A stretch of 64,000 nucleotides of DNA from an uncultured Solirubrobacterales bacterium (GTDB lineage Bacteria; Actinomycetota; Thermoleophilia; Solirubrobacterales; 70-9): positions 72,862 through 136,861 of the forward strand of contig CAWDSZ010000001.1 in the NCBI GenBank assembly GCA_963805075.1, read 5' to 3'. Both the position numbers and the translations under genes were made by a program. Shown here one piece after another: positions 1-14,452 of this stretch. Under the pieces are notes generated by a model. The model was not told the DNA's origin and searched no databases. It saw nothing but the letters and a program-made list of their open reading frames with translations. Numbering within the stretch: the stretch's first letter is position 1; each line of letters begins with the position of its first letter.

Positions 1-343
1 CCCCGGCCTCGGCCATCAGCTCCTTCGCGAACAGCTTCGACCCCTCCAGCCGCGCGGCCTCGGCGCTGGGCCCGAAGGCGGGGACGCCGGCCTCCTCCAG
101 CGCGTCCACCGCCCCGGCGACCAGGGGCGCCTCCGGTCCCACGATCACCAGACCCGCCTGCTCGTCGGCTGCCGCGCGAACGATGGCGTCGACGTCCTCG
201 GCGCCCACGTCCAGGCAGCGGGCGTCGGCGGCGATGCCCGCGTTGCCGGGCGCGCACAGCACCTCGGTCACCTGGTCCGAGCGCCGGGCGGCGCGCACGA
301 TCGCGTGCTCGCGCCCGCCGCCCCCGACGACCATCACCTTCAC
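1..343 (-). CDS. purD: Phosphoribosylamine--glycine ligase, N-terminal part (gene continues past the window start)
   Basis: Reverse-strand translation from GTG at 343 reads VKVMVVGGGGREHAIVRAARRSDQV..LCAPGNAGIA..LVIVGPEAPLVAG, the PurD N-terminal signature. It is absent from the ORF track because the window edge truncates it. Confidence 0.85.
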   Translation of the reverse strand, partial: MKVMVVGGGGREHAIVRAARRSDQVTEVLCAPGNAGIAADARCLDVGAEDVDAIVRAAADEQAGLVIVGPEAPLVAGAVDALEEAGVPAFGPSAEAARLEGSKLFAKELMAEAG

Positions 344-375
344 GGGTTGCCCTCGCCGCTCGCTCGGACGCGCCG

Positions 376-657
376 CTAGAGGGCCTTCGCCAGGTCCTCG
401 GCGGGCATGGCGGCCAGCGTCTGGCTGCTCATCGTGCCTCGGGAGCCGAGCTCGATCGAGACCTTGGCCATCGTCTGGTCGTCCGGGGCCTCGACGACGG
501 TGATGAAATCGAACTGCCCGAGCGTGGCCCACTGCTCCTTGACCTTGACGCCGAGCTGTTCGACCTCCTTGTTCACCTCGCCGACCCTGCCGGGGTTGTT
601 CTTCAGGGTCTGGACCCCCTCGGGGGTCAGGTTGGTGAGCATGACGTAGGTTGGCAT
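376..657 (-). CDS. GYD-domain protein
   Basis: ORF 376..741. The ATG at 657 gives MPTYVMLTNLTPEGVQTLKNNPGRV..GQFDFITVVEAPDD, a typical GYD-family start. The upstream 28 codons look non-coding. Confidence 0.7.
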   Translation of the reverse strand: MPTYVMLTNLTPEGVQTLKNNPGRVGEVNKEVEQLGVKVKEQWATLGQFDFITVVEAPDDQTMAKVSIELGSRGTMSSQTLAAMPAEDLAKAL

Positions 658-761
658 GGCGGTCTCCTCTCCTGATCGGTGGCTCGCAGACCCCTTTCTT
701 TCAGTTTCGGCCGCGGAGTGCAAACAAGTGATGCCCCTCACGCCCCGCGTCGGTCCGGACG

Positions 762-1423
762 GTGATGATTGAGCGATGGCGGAGGTTCCCCGAGCATCCC
801 ATCTTCGCGCGCTTCTATGACCGCATGATCGCCGGCGCCGAGCGGGGCGGCCTGGCCGAGATGCGGCGCTCGCTGCTGGCCCGCGCTTCTGGGCGCGCGC
901 TCGAGATCGGCGCCGGCACCGGCCTCGACCTGGCCCATTACACGGACGCCGTCACCGAGCTGGTGCTGGCCGAGCCCGACCGGCACATGGCCGCGAGGCT
1001 TCGGTACTCGCGCCGAGTCCGGCTCCTTCGCGCCGCAGCGGATCACGGTGATCGAGGCGGCCGCCGAGGACCTGCCGTTCGACGACGGCAGCTTCGACAC
1101 GGTCGTCTCGGCGCTGGTGCTTTGCACCGTCGCGGATCCCGCCCGCTCGCTGGCCGAGGCCCGCCGCGTCCTGGTCGAGGGCGGGGAGCTGCTGTTCCTC
1201 GAGCACGTTCGGGGCGAGAGCAGGCACCTGGCCTGGTGGCAGGACCGGCTCGAGCGCCCCTGGGGCGTCTTCACCGGCGGCTGCCATCCAAACCGGCCCG
1301 ACCGCCGATGCTCTCGCGAACGCCGGCCTCTGGATCGAGCAGCTGGACCGCACGCGGTTCCCGAAGTTACCGATGTTGATCCGTCCACTGATCAGCGGGG
1401 TTGCGCGGCGGCCCAGGGCGTAG
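762..1423 (+). CDS. Class I SAM-dependent methyltransferase (two apparent frame changes)
   Basis: ALEIGAGTGL (SAM motif I) lies in the frame of 762. EDLPFDDGSFDTVVSALVLC..GGELLFLEH lies in the frame of ORF 1048. The tail ..FPKLPMLIRPLISGVA is in a third frame ending at TAG 1421-1423. The frame changes are near 1005-1015 and 1290-1305. Confidence 0.7.
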
Positions 1424-1427
1424 CGGG

Positions 1428-2386
1428 CTAGCCGGGCTCGTCGGAGCCCAGGTCCTCCACCTCGCCGCGCTGCCAGGGCCGAACCCCGTCGGGGTCGGCC
1501 CACGGCGAGCCGTCGCGGCGGTCGACCTCGGCCACAAACGCCGCCATCGCCCGGCGCGCGGGCTCGGTGCCGCCCACCGACATGAAGCGGCGCCGCTCCT
1601 CGGCCAAGCCCCCGCAGAAGGCCGCGCCCGGCCCCCTCGTAGACCGCCGACCTTCAGCGCGCGAACCGAACGCGGCGAGCGTCGCGCCATCCGCTCCGCC
1701 GTCTCCATCGCCTCGGCCTGCAGGCGAGCCGGGTCGACGGCGCGGTGGACGACCCCGGCCTCGACCGCCTCCGCAGGCGTGAAGGTACGTCCCTCCAGCA
1801 TCGCCTCCAGAGCACGCGCTGGACCGAGCGCCCTGGTCAGCCGCTGGGTCCCGCCCGCGCCGGGGTTGAAGCCCATCGTCATCTCGGGCAGGCCGATCAT
1901 GACCCCTGGCCTGTCCGCGATATAGCGGAGGTCGCATGCCAGAGCCAGCTCGCAGCCTCCTCCGGTGGCGGGGCCGTTGATCGCGGCGATCACCACCTTG
2001 TCGAGCCGGTTCATGCGCACGAAGGCGTCGTGCAGGCGGTGCAGCTCCAGCAGCCCGCGCAGCGGGGTGCGCTCCGCCGCGTCTCGCAGGCCGGGGACCC
2101 GGAGGATCGCGCCGGCGAGGCCGAGCAGGGCGCCGGCCGCGCGCGGGCCAGGCGTCACGCCGACATCCTCGACGCCGGCAAGGATCTCCGCGACGTCGTA
2201 ATGGGTCACGAACAGCTCGGGCGGGCGGCCAGTGATCACGACTGAGCCGACCGAGCCGTCGCGTGCCAGCCCGCGGGTGAGCGCGTCGAGCTCGGCGACC
2301 ATGCTGCGATCCATGAAGTTGTGCGGCGGGTTGTCCACCCGGACGGTCAGGACGCGTCCGGAGCGCTCGGACTCGAGCGTCGGCAT
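1428..2386 (-). CDS. Enoyl-CoA hydratase/isomerase (crotonase) family protein (frame change near 1600-1660)
   Basis: ORF 1367..2386 shows the crotonase core VVIAAINGPATGGGCELALACDLRY. The C-terminus continues in the frame of ORF 1428..1937 (..AEERRRFMSVGGTEPARRAMAAFV..). Confidence 0.75.
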
Positions 2387-2414
2387 GCCGCGAGCCTATC
2401 CGTCTGCGGCAGAG

Positions 2415-4053
2415 CTACTCGTGGCCGTGCCCGAGGCCCTGGTCGTCGTAGCCGGCGTGGATGTGGTCGCAGTGGTCCGCCGCGGCGAACGCGGGGCCGG
2501 GGCCGTCGGGATCGAAGCAGAAGATCAGCTCGGTCGGGCGCTGGCCGGGCGGCAGCAGCGCGAGCGCGCGGGCCATGCGGCCGCAGGGCCCGTCGGGGGT
2601 GACCACGGTGCAGGGGACGCCGTCGATCGCAGCGATGTCAACGGCGCGGCCGTAGAAGTGGTTGGAGACGTTGCCCGAGGCCGTGTACATCGAGTGGTCC
2701 GAGCGCAGAGACGAGATCGTGATCTGGTGGTTCTGGCTGATCGCCGCGATCAGCGTCATCACCCTGGGGTCGATCATCCCCTGCTGCAGGTCCCAGGCCT
2801 CGAGCGAGTTCGAGAGCGTGACGTTCTCCCAGTTGATCGGGATGCCGGTGGGGCCGGGCAGGGCGATCGAGTAGGAGACGTTCCGGACCCGGCACTTGCC
2901 AGCCAGCGGCGAGGTCTCGTCCAGAACCTCCTCGACGTACCAGGAGGCGTGATTGTGCTGGAAGAGCCCGGCCCGCAGGCCGCCGCTGGCCCAGACCATG
3001 CGCCCCAGCGTCGCGGCGGAGTCCCCGGGGCTCTCACGCTCGACCTTGCCGTCGCCGTCGCCGTCGACCGCGAAGCTGTCCCAGTTCGCCTCGTCGATGC
3101 CCAGCGGCCCCCTGGTCTTGAGCTCGGCGGGCGTCATGCTGCGGCCGAAGTCTGACTCGAGACGGGCGATGGCCGCCAGCGCCCAGACGCCGTCGGTGCC
3201 CATGTCGTAGCGGCCGGCCGCGGATTCGAAGGCATCGAGGTAGTCCTTGGGGACTGGCCGGCTGTCGCCCTTGGGGCCGCAGATCAGCTCCTGGCGCTCG
3301 GGCAGCAGCGAGAGCACGCCGCCGCCGATGCCGCTGTAGCAGGCCGCGCGGGCCAGCACGTCGGCGACGTACCAGTCGGCATGGTTGTAGGAGAAGATCG
3401 CGCCCTCGGGGTCCTCGGGCATTCCCGAGGCCTTCAGGTAGCGGGCGGCGGCGAAGATCGCGTCTTCGGGGTCGGCGGGGTCCTCGACGCCATCGTCGTT
3501 TGCGTCCACCCCGTAGGCGGCCCAGGTCGCCGGCATGAACTGCATCCAGCCGACGGCGCCGGCGCTGGAGGGGCCCTGGTTGACGCCGAAGCCGGTCTCG
3601 ATCTCGTTGATCGCCGCGAGGATCGAGGGCCCGGCGGGGCCGAGCCCGTAGGCCTCGGTCGCGCGCTGGTAGATCGGGATCAGGAACGCGGGCACCGAGG
3701 TGGGGCCGCACGATGCCGGGGCCGGGAAGGCGAGCTCCTCGTCGATCGGCTGATCCGGCGCGACGCCCCCCTCCCCCTGCTCGGAGCCGCCGCCATCGTT
3801 CTCGGGTGGCTTGCCGCCCTGGTCGGCCGGTGGCTTCTCCGGCTTGCGGCTGCGGCTTGGGCGTGGGCTGCGGCTTGGGCGGCTTCGCCGGCGCCAGCCC
3901 GGCCATCGGCGGCGCGGGCTGCGCCGGGGACTGCTGAGGGGGCGCCGCCGTGGGCGGCGGCGGGGGATCGGGGGGCGCCTGCGCGACGGCGCCCTGCGCC
4001 GCGATCGCGGCGCCGACCACGGTGGCGGCAATCGCGGTTCTGATGCGACCCAT
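2415..4053 (-). CDS. Secreted peptidoglycan hydrolase: two lytic-transglycosylase-like domains plus a C-terminal LAS/M15-type zinc peptidase (frame change near 3830-3845)
   Basis: The N-terminal signal MGRIRTAIAATVVGAAIAAQGAVAQA and a Pro-rich linker are in ORF 3034..4053. The rest is in ORF 2415..4031. It contains AINEIETGFG..GWMQFMPATW and ARLESDFG.. (SLT-like), then SNHFYGRAVDI (H-x6-D) and DHCDHIHAGY (H-x-H). Confidence 0.75.
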
Positions 4054-4832
4054 CAGCCCAGCACCCCGGCGACCCGCCAGCCCTTGTCGGTCTCCTGCAG
4101 CGTCAGCCGCAGCTCGCTCGCCGCCTCGAGCCGGAGCAGCGAGACGCTGGCGGTCATCTCCTTGCCCGTCTGCTTGCCGAGGAGGACGTTCAGGACCTGC
4201 GCCTCGGGGACGTTGGCGCCCTCCGGCAGGCGTGGGGGGTTGTCGCTGAGCGCGGAGGCGAGAGGCTTGGTCGCGGACTCATTGAAGGTCTTGACCGCGG
4301 CGTCATCGACCTTTCCGACCTCGTACTGGACGAAGGCGCGGGCGAAGCTCCACGCGACGGGGCCGGGCTCGGTCATCGCCTCTTCTCCGCCGGCCGGGGG
4401 CGGAGCCGGCTTGGCCGTCGCGGCGGTCGTCGTGCTCGCGTTCGGGTCGGCGACGAAGTCGGGCGGGACACCCTCCAGGCTCGCCCCCCGATCGCTCGCC
4501 TGAGGGACGACGGCCGCCGCCGCCACAGGCGCGGGCGAGCGCTCGCCGGAGCCCGCGACCATCACGCCCGCCGCGCCCGCGCCGAGCGCGGCGGCGACGC
4601 CCACGGTCGCGACGGCGGTCCTGGCGACCACTCCGTAGTCGTCGAGGCGGTCGGTGAGCGGCCACACGAGCTTGGTCTGGATCAGCCGCTGCAACGGGGA
4701 GACCGCGCGCAGGGCGCGCCGCAGCGCGGCGCGGGACGCGTCCGAGGCGCGCCAGATCACACGCTCCTCAACGGTCCAGGCCACCTCGCGGACCCCCCAG
4801 CGGGCGTCCTCAGCTGAAAGCTTGATGCTCAT
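4053..4832 (-). CDS. Hypothetical single-pass membrane protein, co-operonic with the peptidoglycan hydrolase
   Basis: ORF 4053..4832 has one hydrophobic helix (VATVGVAAALGAGAAGVMVAG). Its stop overlaps the downstream start at 4053 (ATGA). I recognised no family. Confidence 0.55.
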   Translation of the reverse strand: MSIKLSAEDARWGVREVAWTVEERVIWRASDASRAALRRALRAVSPLQRLIQTKLVWPLTDRLDDYGVVARTAVATVGVAAALGAGAAGVMVAGSGERSPAPVAAAAVVPQASDRGASLEGVPPDFVADPNASTTTAATAKPAPPPAGGEEAMTEPGPVAWSFARAFVQYEVGKVDDAAVKTFNESATKPLASALSDNPPRLPEGANVPEAQVLNVLLGKQTGKEMTASVSLLRLEAASELRLTLQETDKGWRVAGVLG

Positions 4833-5002
4833 CCCCTGATCTATTCGTCCGGAGGCCAGGCGTGCTTTAGCCGTGGCGCCCCGAATAGTGGGGTAGATGC
4901 GATTCGACGCCTGGGTCGGCTTCCATCAGGCGGGACCACTGGCGGCCGCCCGGCGACAGTCGCAGCTTTGCAGCTGCTCCATAGCCTGCGGCCTGGTGGT
5001 CC

Positions 5003-7673
<2,671 letters not shown>

Positions 7674-7839
7674 GCCTAGATGGTACCGGGCTTACGCCCA
7701 GATGTAAAGAAATCTATGCGTGGAACGCTTAGATATTTCAGGCACAGGCAGGCGTGAAATAGCGGTGAAGACTGGCGCTGACGGGGTCCGAGAGCATAGG
7801 ATGGATGGGTCCGTCGAGGTCGGGTCAAGGAGGATCTGC

Positions 7840-8256
7840 TTGGCGTCCAACGTCGAGACATTCCAGCGGCTGATCGCCGCCTTCAACGAGGGCGGTGTCG
7901 ACGCGGTGCTCGGCTTCTTCGACGAGGACGTCGAGGTCTACGACCCGGATCTGCCCCCGGACGGCAGCTACCGCGGCCGAGAGGCCCTGCGCGGCGTGCT
8001 CGAGCTGATGCTGAGCGGCAACGAGACCACGGAGGTGCTGGAGTTCGACGCCATTCCCGCGGGCGACCGGGTCGTCGGCCTGACCCGCACCTACTCCCGC
8101 GGCACGGGCGGGGGCCCCGAGGTCGAGGTCCGGGACGCGCACACGATGACCTTCCGCGACGGCAAGATCGTCTACTGGCGGCTTTATCTGGACCGGAGCG
8201 AGGCGCTGGCCGACGCCGGGATCGATCCCGAGCTCAGCCGCACGTCGGGTGGCTAA
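7840..8256 (+). CDS. SnoaL-like / NTF2-fold protein
   Basis: ORF 7720..8256. I prefer the TTG at 7840, 7 nt after AAGGAGG, which gives LASNVETFQRLIAAFNEGGVDAVLGFF..DGKIVYWRLYLDRSEAL, a typical SnoaL_2-like pattern. Confidence 0.6.
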   Translation: MASNVETFQRLIAAFNEGGVDAVLGFFDEDVEVYDPDLPPDGSYRGREALRGVLELMLSGNETTEVLEFDAIPAGDRVVGLTRTYSRGTGGGPEVEVRDAHTMTFRDGKIVYWRLYLDRSEALADAGIDPELSRTSGG

Positions 8257-8690
8257 CGAAGCCGGGCCGCGACCCAGAGGCCGGCCAGCGTCGCCGGGAC
8301 CGCCGCCGCAAGCCCGCGCAGCGCCGCCGTCCGCACCTCGTCCCCGCGCGCCAGCGCGGCCGCAAAGGTCGCCGCGTCGCCCGCGTCCACCGCCGCGTTG
8401 GCCAGGCTGGCCGCCCGCAGCCGGTTGGGGTCGTCGATCGCGGCCATCATCACTGCGCCCAGCACGATGTCGCGGCCACCCGCGAGCCTCGACGCGGCCA
8501 CCGCGGTCGGCGAGAGGTCGGTGAACCCCAGCGCCGACAGCGCCCGCTCGGGTGCCATCGCCAGCGCGGCGCCGATAGCCATTCGGCCCAGACCCGAGAC
8601 GAGGGTCAGCGCCCTGACGTCGGGGGCGGCGACCGCGTCGTAGCGAGCCAGGTCGGGATCACTGGCAGGATGGACGTCGGAAACAGCCAT
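8253..8690 (-). CDS. Hypothetical small membrane protein
   Basis: ORF 8253..8864. The ATG at 8690 gives MAVSDVHP.. followed by Ala/Gly-rich hydrophobic segments. The start is uncertain because it overlaps the divergent start at 8689. Confidence 0.45.
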   Translation of the reverse strand: MAVSDVHPASDPDLARYDAVAAPDVRALTLVSGLGRMAIGAALAMAPERALSALGFTDLSPTAVAASRLAGGRDIVLGAVMMAAIDDPNRLRAASLANAAVDAGDAATFAAALARGDEVRTAALRGLAAAVPATLAGLWVAARLR

Positions 8691-9621
8691 GGTCAGCCGC
8701 CGATCGTATGACCCACCGCATTCACGGCGCAGTCCAGGCGCCCGCGCCGCGGCTCTCGCCGGCGCGCTCGCGCTGGTGGTCATTGCCGCCGCGCCTTCGG
8801 CTTCGATGGGGGGCGGGGATGCGAAGGAGGAAGGCGGCTCGGCCGGCAAGCTGGCGAAGCCCAATGCGGAGCGGACCTGGCCGCCGGTTCCCTACCCGTC
8901 GGGAAAGAGCGTTGACGCCGCCCGGGCCTTCGCGGAAGCGGCGCCCGGCACCGTTGCGTTCGCGGTCGAGGACGCCAACGGGGCCGTGCGCGGATTGGAC
9001 CCGGACCTGCAGTTCAGCTCGGCGAGCGTGTCGAAAGCACTGTTGCTCGCGGCCGAGCTGAGGCGGCTTGCGCGCGGGGACGAGCCGCTCGACGAGGGGA
9101 CCCGGTCGCTGCTCGACTCGATGATCACCTACTCGGACAACGACTCGGCCAGCGCCGTCTACGCGCGGGTCGGGGACGGGGGCATGGAGGAGGTCGCGGC
9201 CGGGGCCGGAATGGGGAGCTTCGAGGTGACGCCGGGGTACTGGGGCGGCGCGCAGGTGACGGCGGGCGACCTGGCGCGGTTCTTCTTCGACCTCGACCGC
9301 AACCTGCCGGCCCGGTACCGGGCCTACGGCAAGCGGCTGCTGGCGAACGTGACGAGCTCCCAGCGCTGGGGCATCCCCGCCGGAGCCGGCGATGATTGGC
9401 GCGTCTACTTCAAGGGCGGCTGGCGCCCCTACGAGACGAGCGAGACGAGCGGCCCCGTCACCCACCAGGCCGCGCTGCTGGTCCATCGCTCGGGGCAGCG
9501 GATCGCGATCGCGGTTCTGAGCGACCAGTCGCCGGGGACGACCAGCTACGGGACGCTCGAGGGGATCACGACGAGGCTGCTGGGCGAGGACCCGAGTAGC
9601 CGCCGCTGGCCGGCGCCCTGA
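8689..9621 (+). CDS. Secreted serine hydrolase, class A beta-lactamase-related
   Basis: Signal-like ARAAALAGALALVVIAAAPSA. Motifs SASVSK (S-x-x-K), YSDND (SDN) and FKGGW (KTG-like) appear in the expected order. Confidence 0.7.
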   Translation: MVSRRSYDPPHSRRSPGARAAALAGALALVVIAAAPSASMGGGDAKEEGGSAGKLAKPNAERTWPPVPYPSGKSVDAARAFAEAAPGTVAFAVEDANGAVRGLDPDLQFSSASVSKALLLAAELRRLARGDEPLDEGTRSLLDSMITYSDNDSASAVYARVGDGGMEEVAAGAGMGSFEVTPGYWGGAQVTAGDLARFFFDLDRNLPARYRAYGKRLLANVTSSQRWGIPAGAGDDWRVYFKGGWRPYETSETSGPVTHQAALLVHRSGQRIAIAVLSDQSPGTTSYGTLEGITTRLLGEDPSSRRWPAP

Positions 9622-10131
9622 TCAGCCGGTAGCGCTCGAGCCGCGCTTGCCGCGGCGGATCGGGACCTTCACGGACTGCCCCTCGCCGCCCGCCGCCGCG
9701 GGCATCTCGTAGGCGCCGTAGGGGACCAGCTCGCCGCCCCGCGCAGCACGCAGGCGCTCGAGCTCGTCGCCCATCCGCTTCTCCATCGCGGCAGCCCGCT
9801 TTCGCATCCGCGACATCTCCGCCCTCATTCCCTCGACGCGCGCCTCCATCTCCAGCACGGTCTCGACACCGGCGAGGTTGAGCCCCTCCTCGTTGGTCAT
9901 GTGCTGAATCCTGCGCAGGCGCTCGACGTCGGCCTGTGAGTAAAGGCGGGTGTTCTTGGGCGAGCGCTTCGGCGTGATCAGCCCGCGGGCCTCGTACATG
10001 CGAAGGGTCTGGGGGTGCATGTGGGCCAGCTCGGCTGCGACCGAGATCATGAACACCCCGCGCTCCTCGTCGATCCGGGTCTCGGTCCTGACCCGCGTGG
10101 TGCGCCTGGTCTTGCGATTGCCGTTGCTCAT
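9622..10131 (-). CDS. hspR: MerR-family heat-shock repressor HspR
   Basis: ISVAAELAHMHPQTLRMYEARGLITPKRSPKNTRLYSQADVERLRRIQ. It is the last gene of the dnaK-grpE-dnaJ operon, as in actinobacteria. Confidence 0.9.
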   Translation of the reverse strand: MSNGNRKTRRTTRVRTETRIDEERGVFMISVAAELAHMHPQTLRMYEARGLITPKRSPKNTRLYSQADVERLRRIQHMTNEEGLNLAGVETVLEMEARVEGMRAEMSRMRKRAAAMEKRMGDELERLRAARGGELVPYGAYEMPAAAGGEGQSVKVPIRRGKRGSSATG

Positions 10132-10138
10132 CGCTCCA

Positions 10139-11260
10139 TCACTTTCTCGCCCCGCCCGGACGCCCGGCGCGCTGCAGCAGCTCGCGCCTGGGGTCCTCGC
10201 CGTTGAGGGCGTCGGCGAGCTTCTCCACGGCTTCGCGCTGCTCGTCGTTGAGCTCGCGCGGGACCTGCAGGTTGACGCGGTAGTGGATGTCGCCCCGGCC
10301 CGAGCCGCTGGTCCTGGGAGGCCCCTCGCCCTTGAGTCGCTGCGTGCTTCCGTGCTGGGTCCCGGGCGGGATCTTGATGCGCTTGGAGCCGTTCAGGGTG
10401 GGGACCTCGATGGTGGCGCCCTGGATCGCCTCGGTGACCGACACGGGCAGGTCGACGTCGAGGTTGCCGTCGGGCCGCTGGCGGAAGACCGGCGAGGGGG
10501 CGACCCTGGTGGTCACGTAGAGGTCGCCGCGGGGGCCACCGCGGTATCCGGCCTCGCCCTTGCCAGCCAGCCGGATGCGGCTGCCGTCGTGGACGCCGGC
10601 TGGGATGTTGACGCGGTAGCGCTTGCTCTCCTGGGTGATGCCGCTGCCCGCGCAGGTCGGGCACGGCTCCTCGATCACCTGGCCCTGGCCGCCGCACTCG
10701 GGGCACGGCTGCTGAATTGAGAAGAAGCCCTGGCTCTGGGTGTCCACCCCGCTGCCCTCGCAGCGGGGGCACACCTTGGGGGCGGTCCCGGGCTTCGCGC
10801 CGGAGCCCCCGCAGGTCGAACAGGCGCCGGTGGTCGGCACCTCGACCGTGATCTGGGTGCCGTGCACCGCCTGGTCGAAGCCAAGTTGGACCTCTGTCTC
10901 GAGGTCGCGCCCCGGCTGGGGCCGCGGGCCCGATGTGCCGCCGCCACCGCGATTGAAGAAGGTCGAGAAGATGTCGCCCAGGTCCGAGGCGAAGCCGCCG
11001 CCCGGGAAGCCGGCTCCGCCCGCTCCGGGGCCAAAGCCACCGAACATCCCACCCGAGTCGTACTCCTTCCGCTTCTCGGGATCCGAGAGCGTGTCGTAGG
11101 CCTGCTGGATCTCCTTGAACTTCTCCTCGGCATCAGCGTCATCGGGGTTGCGGTCGGGATGCCACTTGCGGGCCAGTTCGCGGTAGGCCTTCTTGATCTC
11201 GTCCTGGGAGGCCTTGCGGCCCACCCCCAGCACCTCGTAGTGGTCGCGCGGCGTCGCCAT
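10139..11260 (-). CDS. dnaJ: Molecular chaperone DnaJ
   Basis: J domain [16 protein letters not shown], a G/F-rich linker and four CxxCxG zinc-finger repeats ([32 protein letters not shown]). Confidence 0.95.
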   Translation of the reverse strand: MATPRDHYEVLGVGRKASQDEIKKAYRELARKWHPDRNPDDADAEEKFKEIQQAYDTLSDPEKRKEYDSGGMFGGFGPGAGGAGFPGGGFASDLGDIFSTFFNRGGGGTSGPRPQPGRDLETEVQLGFDQAVHGTQITVEVPTTGACSTCGGSGAKPGTAPKVCPRCEGSGVDTQSQGFFSIQQPCPECGGQGQVIEEPCPTCAGSGITQESKRYRVNIPAGVHDGSRIRLAGKGEAGYRGGPRGDLYVTTRVAPSPVFRQRPDGNLDVDLPVSVTEAIQGATIEVPTLNGSKRIKIPPGTQHGSTQRLKGEGPPRTSGSGRGDIHYRVNLQVPRELNDEQREAVEKLADALNGEDPRRELLQRAGRPGGARK

Positions 11261-11268
11261 CCCTCCCC

Positions 11269-11940
11269 CTACTCGCTGACGATCACACGCGCGGGGCGCA
11301 GCACCTGGCCGTCGAGCCGATAGCCGCGCTCTAGGGTCTCCAGCACCGTCCCCGGCTCGCCCCCCTCGGGCGCCGGCCGGGTCGACAGTGCCTCGTGCCA
11401 GGCGGGGTCGAACTTCTCGCCGGCCGGGTCATAGGCCTGCACGCCCGCGCGCTCGAGCGTCGCGCGCAGCTCTCCCAGGACAAGAGCCACGCCGCGCGCG
11501 AGCGCGTCCCGGGCCGAGACCTCCTCGCTGGGCGCATCCGCCGGGCCGCCCCCCGGGGCGTCGAGATCCACCCCGGCCGCGCCGACCGCCCGCTCGAGGT
11601 TGTCGAGCACGGGGATCAGCTCGCGCGCCAGCTGGGCCCGCCCGCGCGCCTCTGCAGCACGCGCCTCGGCGGCGACCCGCTTTCGGTAGTTGTCGAAGTC
11701 CGCCTTGGTGCGCTGGGCGAGCTCGAGGTATTCGTCGCGCTCGCGCTTGGCAAGCCCGAGCTCATCGAGGTCCTTTTCCACCATCTGGCCGGCCTCCTCC
11801 GTGGCCCCTTCAGCTTCGCGGGCCTCCGGCCCGCTCACGCGTCCGGGGGCCGGCGCCTGATCGGCGGCCTCATCGGCGCGCTGCTCGGCGGCCGCCTCCT
11901 CATCGGCGGCCGCCTCGGGTGCGACTGGCTTCTCGCTCAT
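11269..11940 (-). CDS. grpE: Nucleotide exchange factor GrpE
   Basis: ..[27 protein letters not shown].. plus C-terminal ..[16 protein letters not shown]. It lies between dnaK and dnaJ. Confidence 0.9.
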   Translation of the reverse strand: MSEKPVAPEAAADEEAAAEQRADEAADQAPAPGRVSGPEAREAEGATEEAGQMVEKDLDELGLAKRERDEYLELAQRTKADFDNYRKRVAAEARAAEARGRAQLARELIPVLDNLERAVGAAGVDLDAPGGGPADAPSEEVSARDALARGVALVLGELRATLERAGVQAYDPAGEKFDPAWHEALSTRPAPEGGEPGTVLETLERGYRLDGQVLRPARVIVSE

Positions 11941-11948
11941 CGACGCTC

Positions 11949-14355
<2,407 letters not shown>

Positions 14356-14370
14356 GGCGCCGGGAGCATA

Positions 14371-14452
14371 TAAGGGGTCGTCAGGCCGGTCTCCTGGTCG
14401 CGGCGCCTTGGCGCCGCGACTGATGTCACCGGCCGCTACGACCCCGGTTGAC
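14371..14452. repeat. Structured palindromic intergenic repeat, copy A (72-nt core 14374..14445)
   Basis: The core GGGGTCGTCAGGCCG..GCGCCGCGACTGATG..CGGCCGCTACGACCCC is preceded by TAA and followed by G-NN-TGAC. 56 of 72 core positions match copy B at 51818..51889 by manual alignment. The outer arms (8 bp and 5 bp) are complementary, and there is an inner GC hairpin. Confidence 0.8.
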
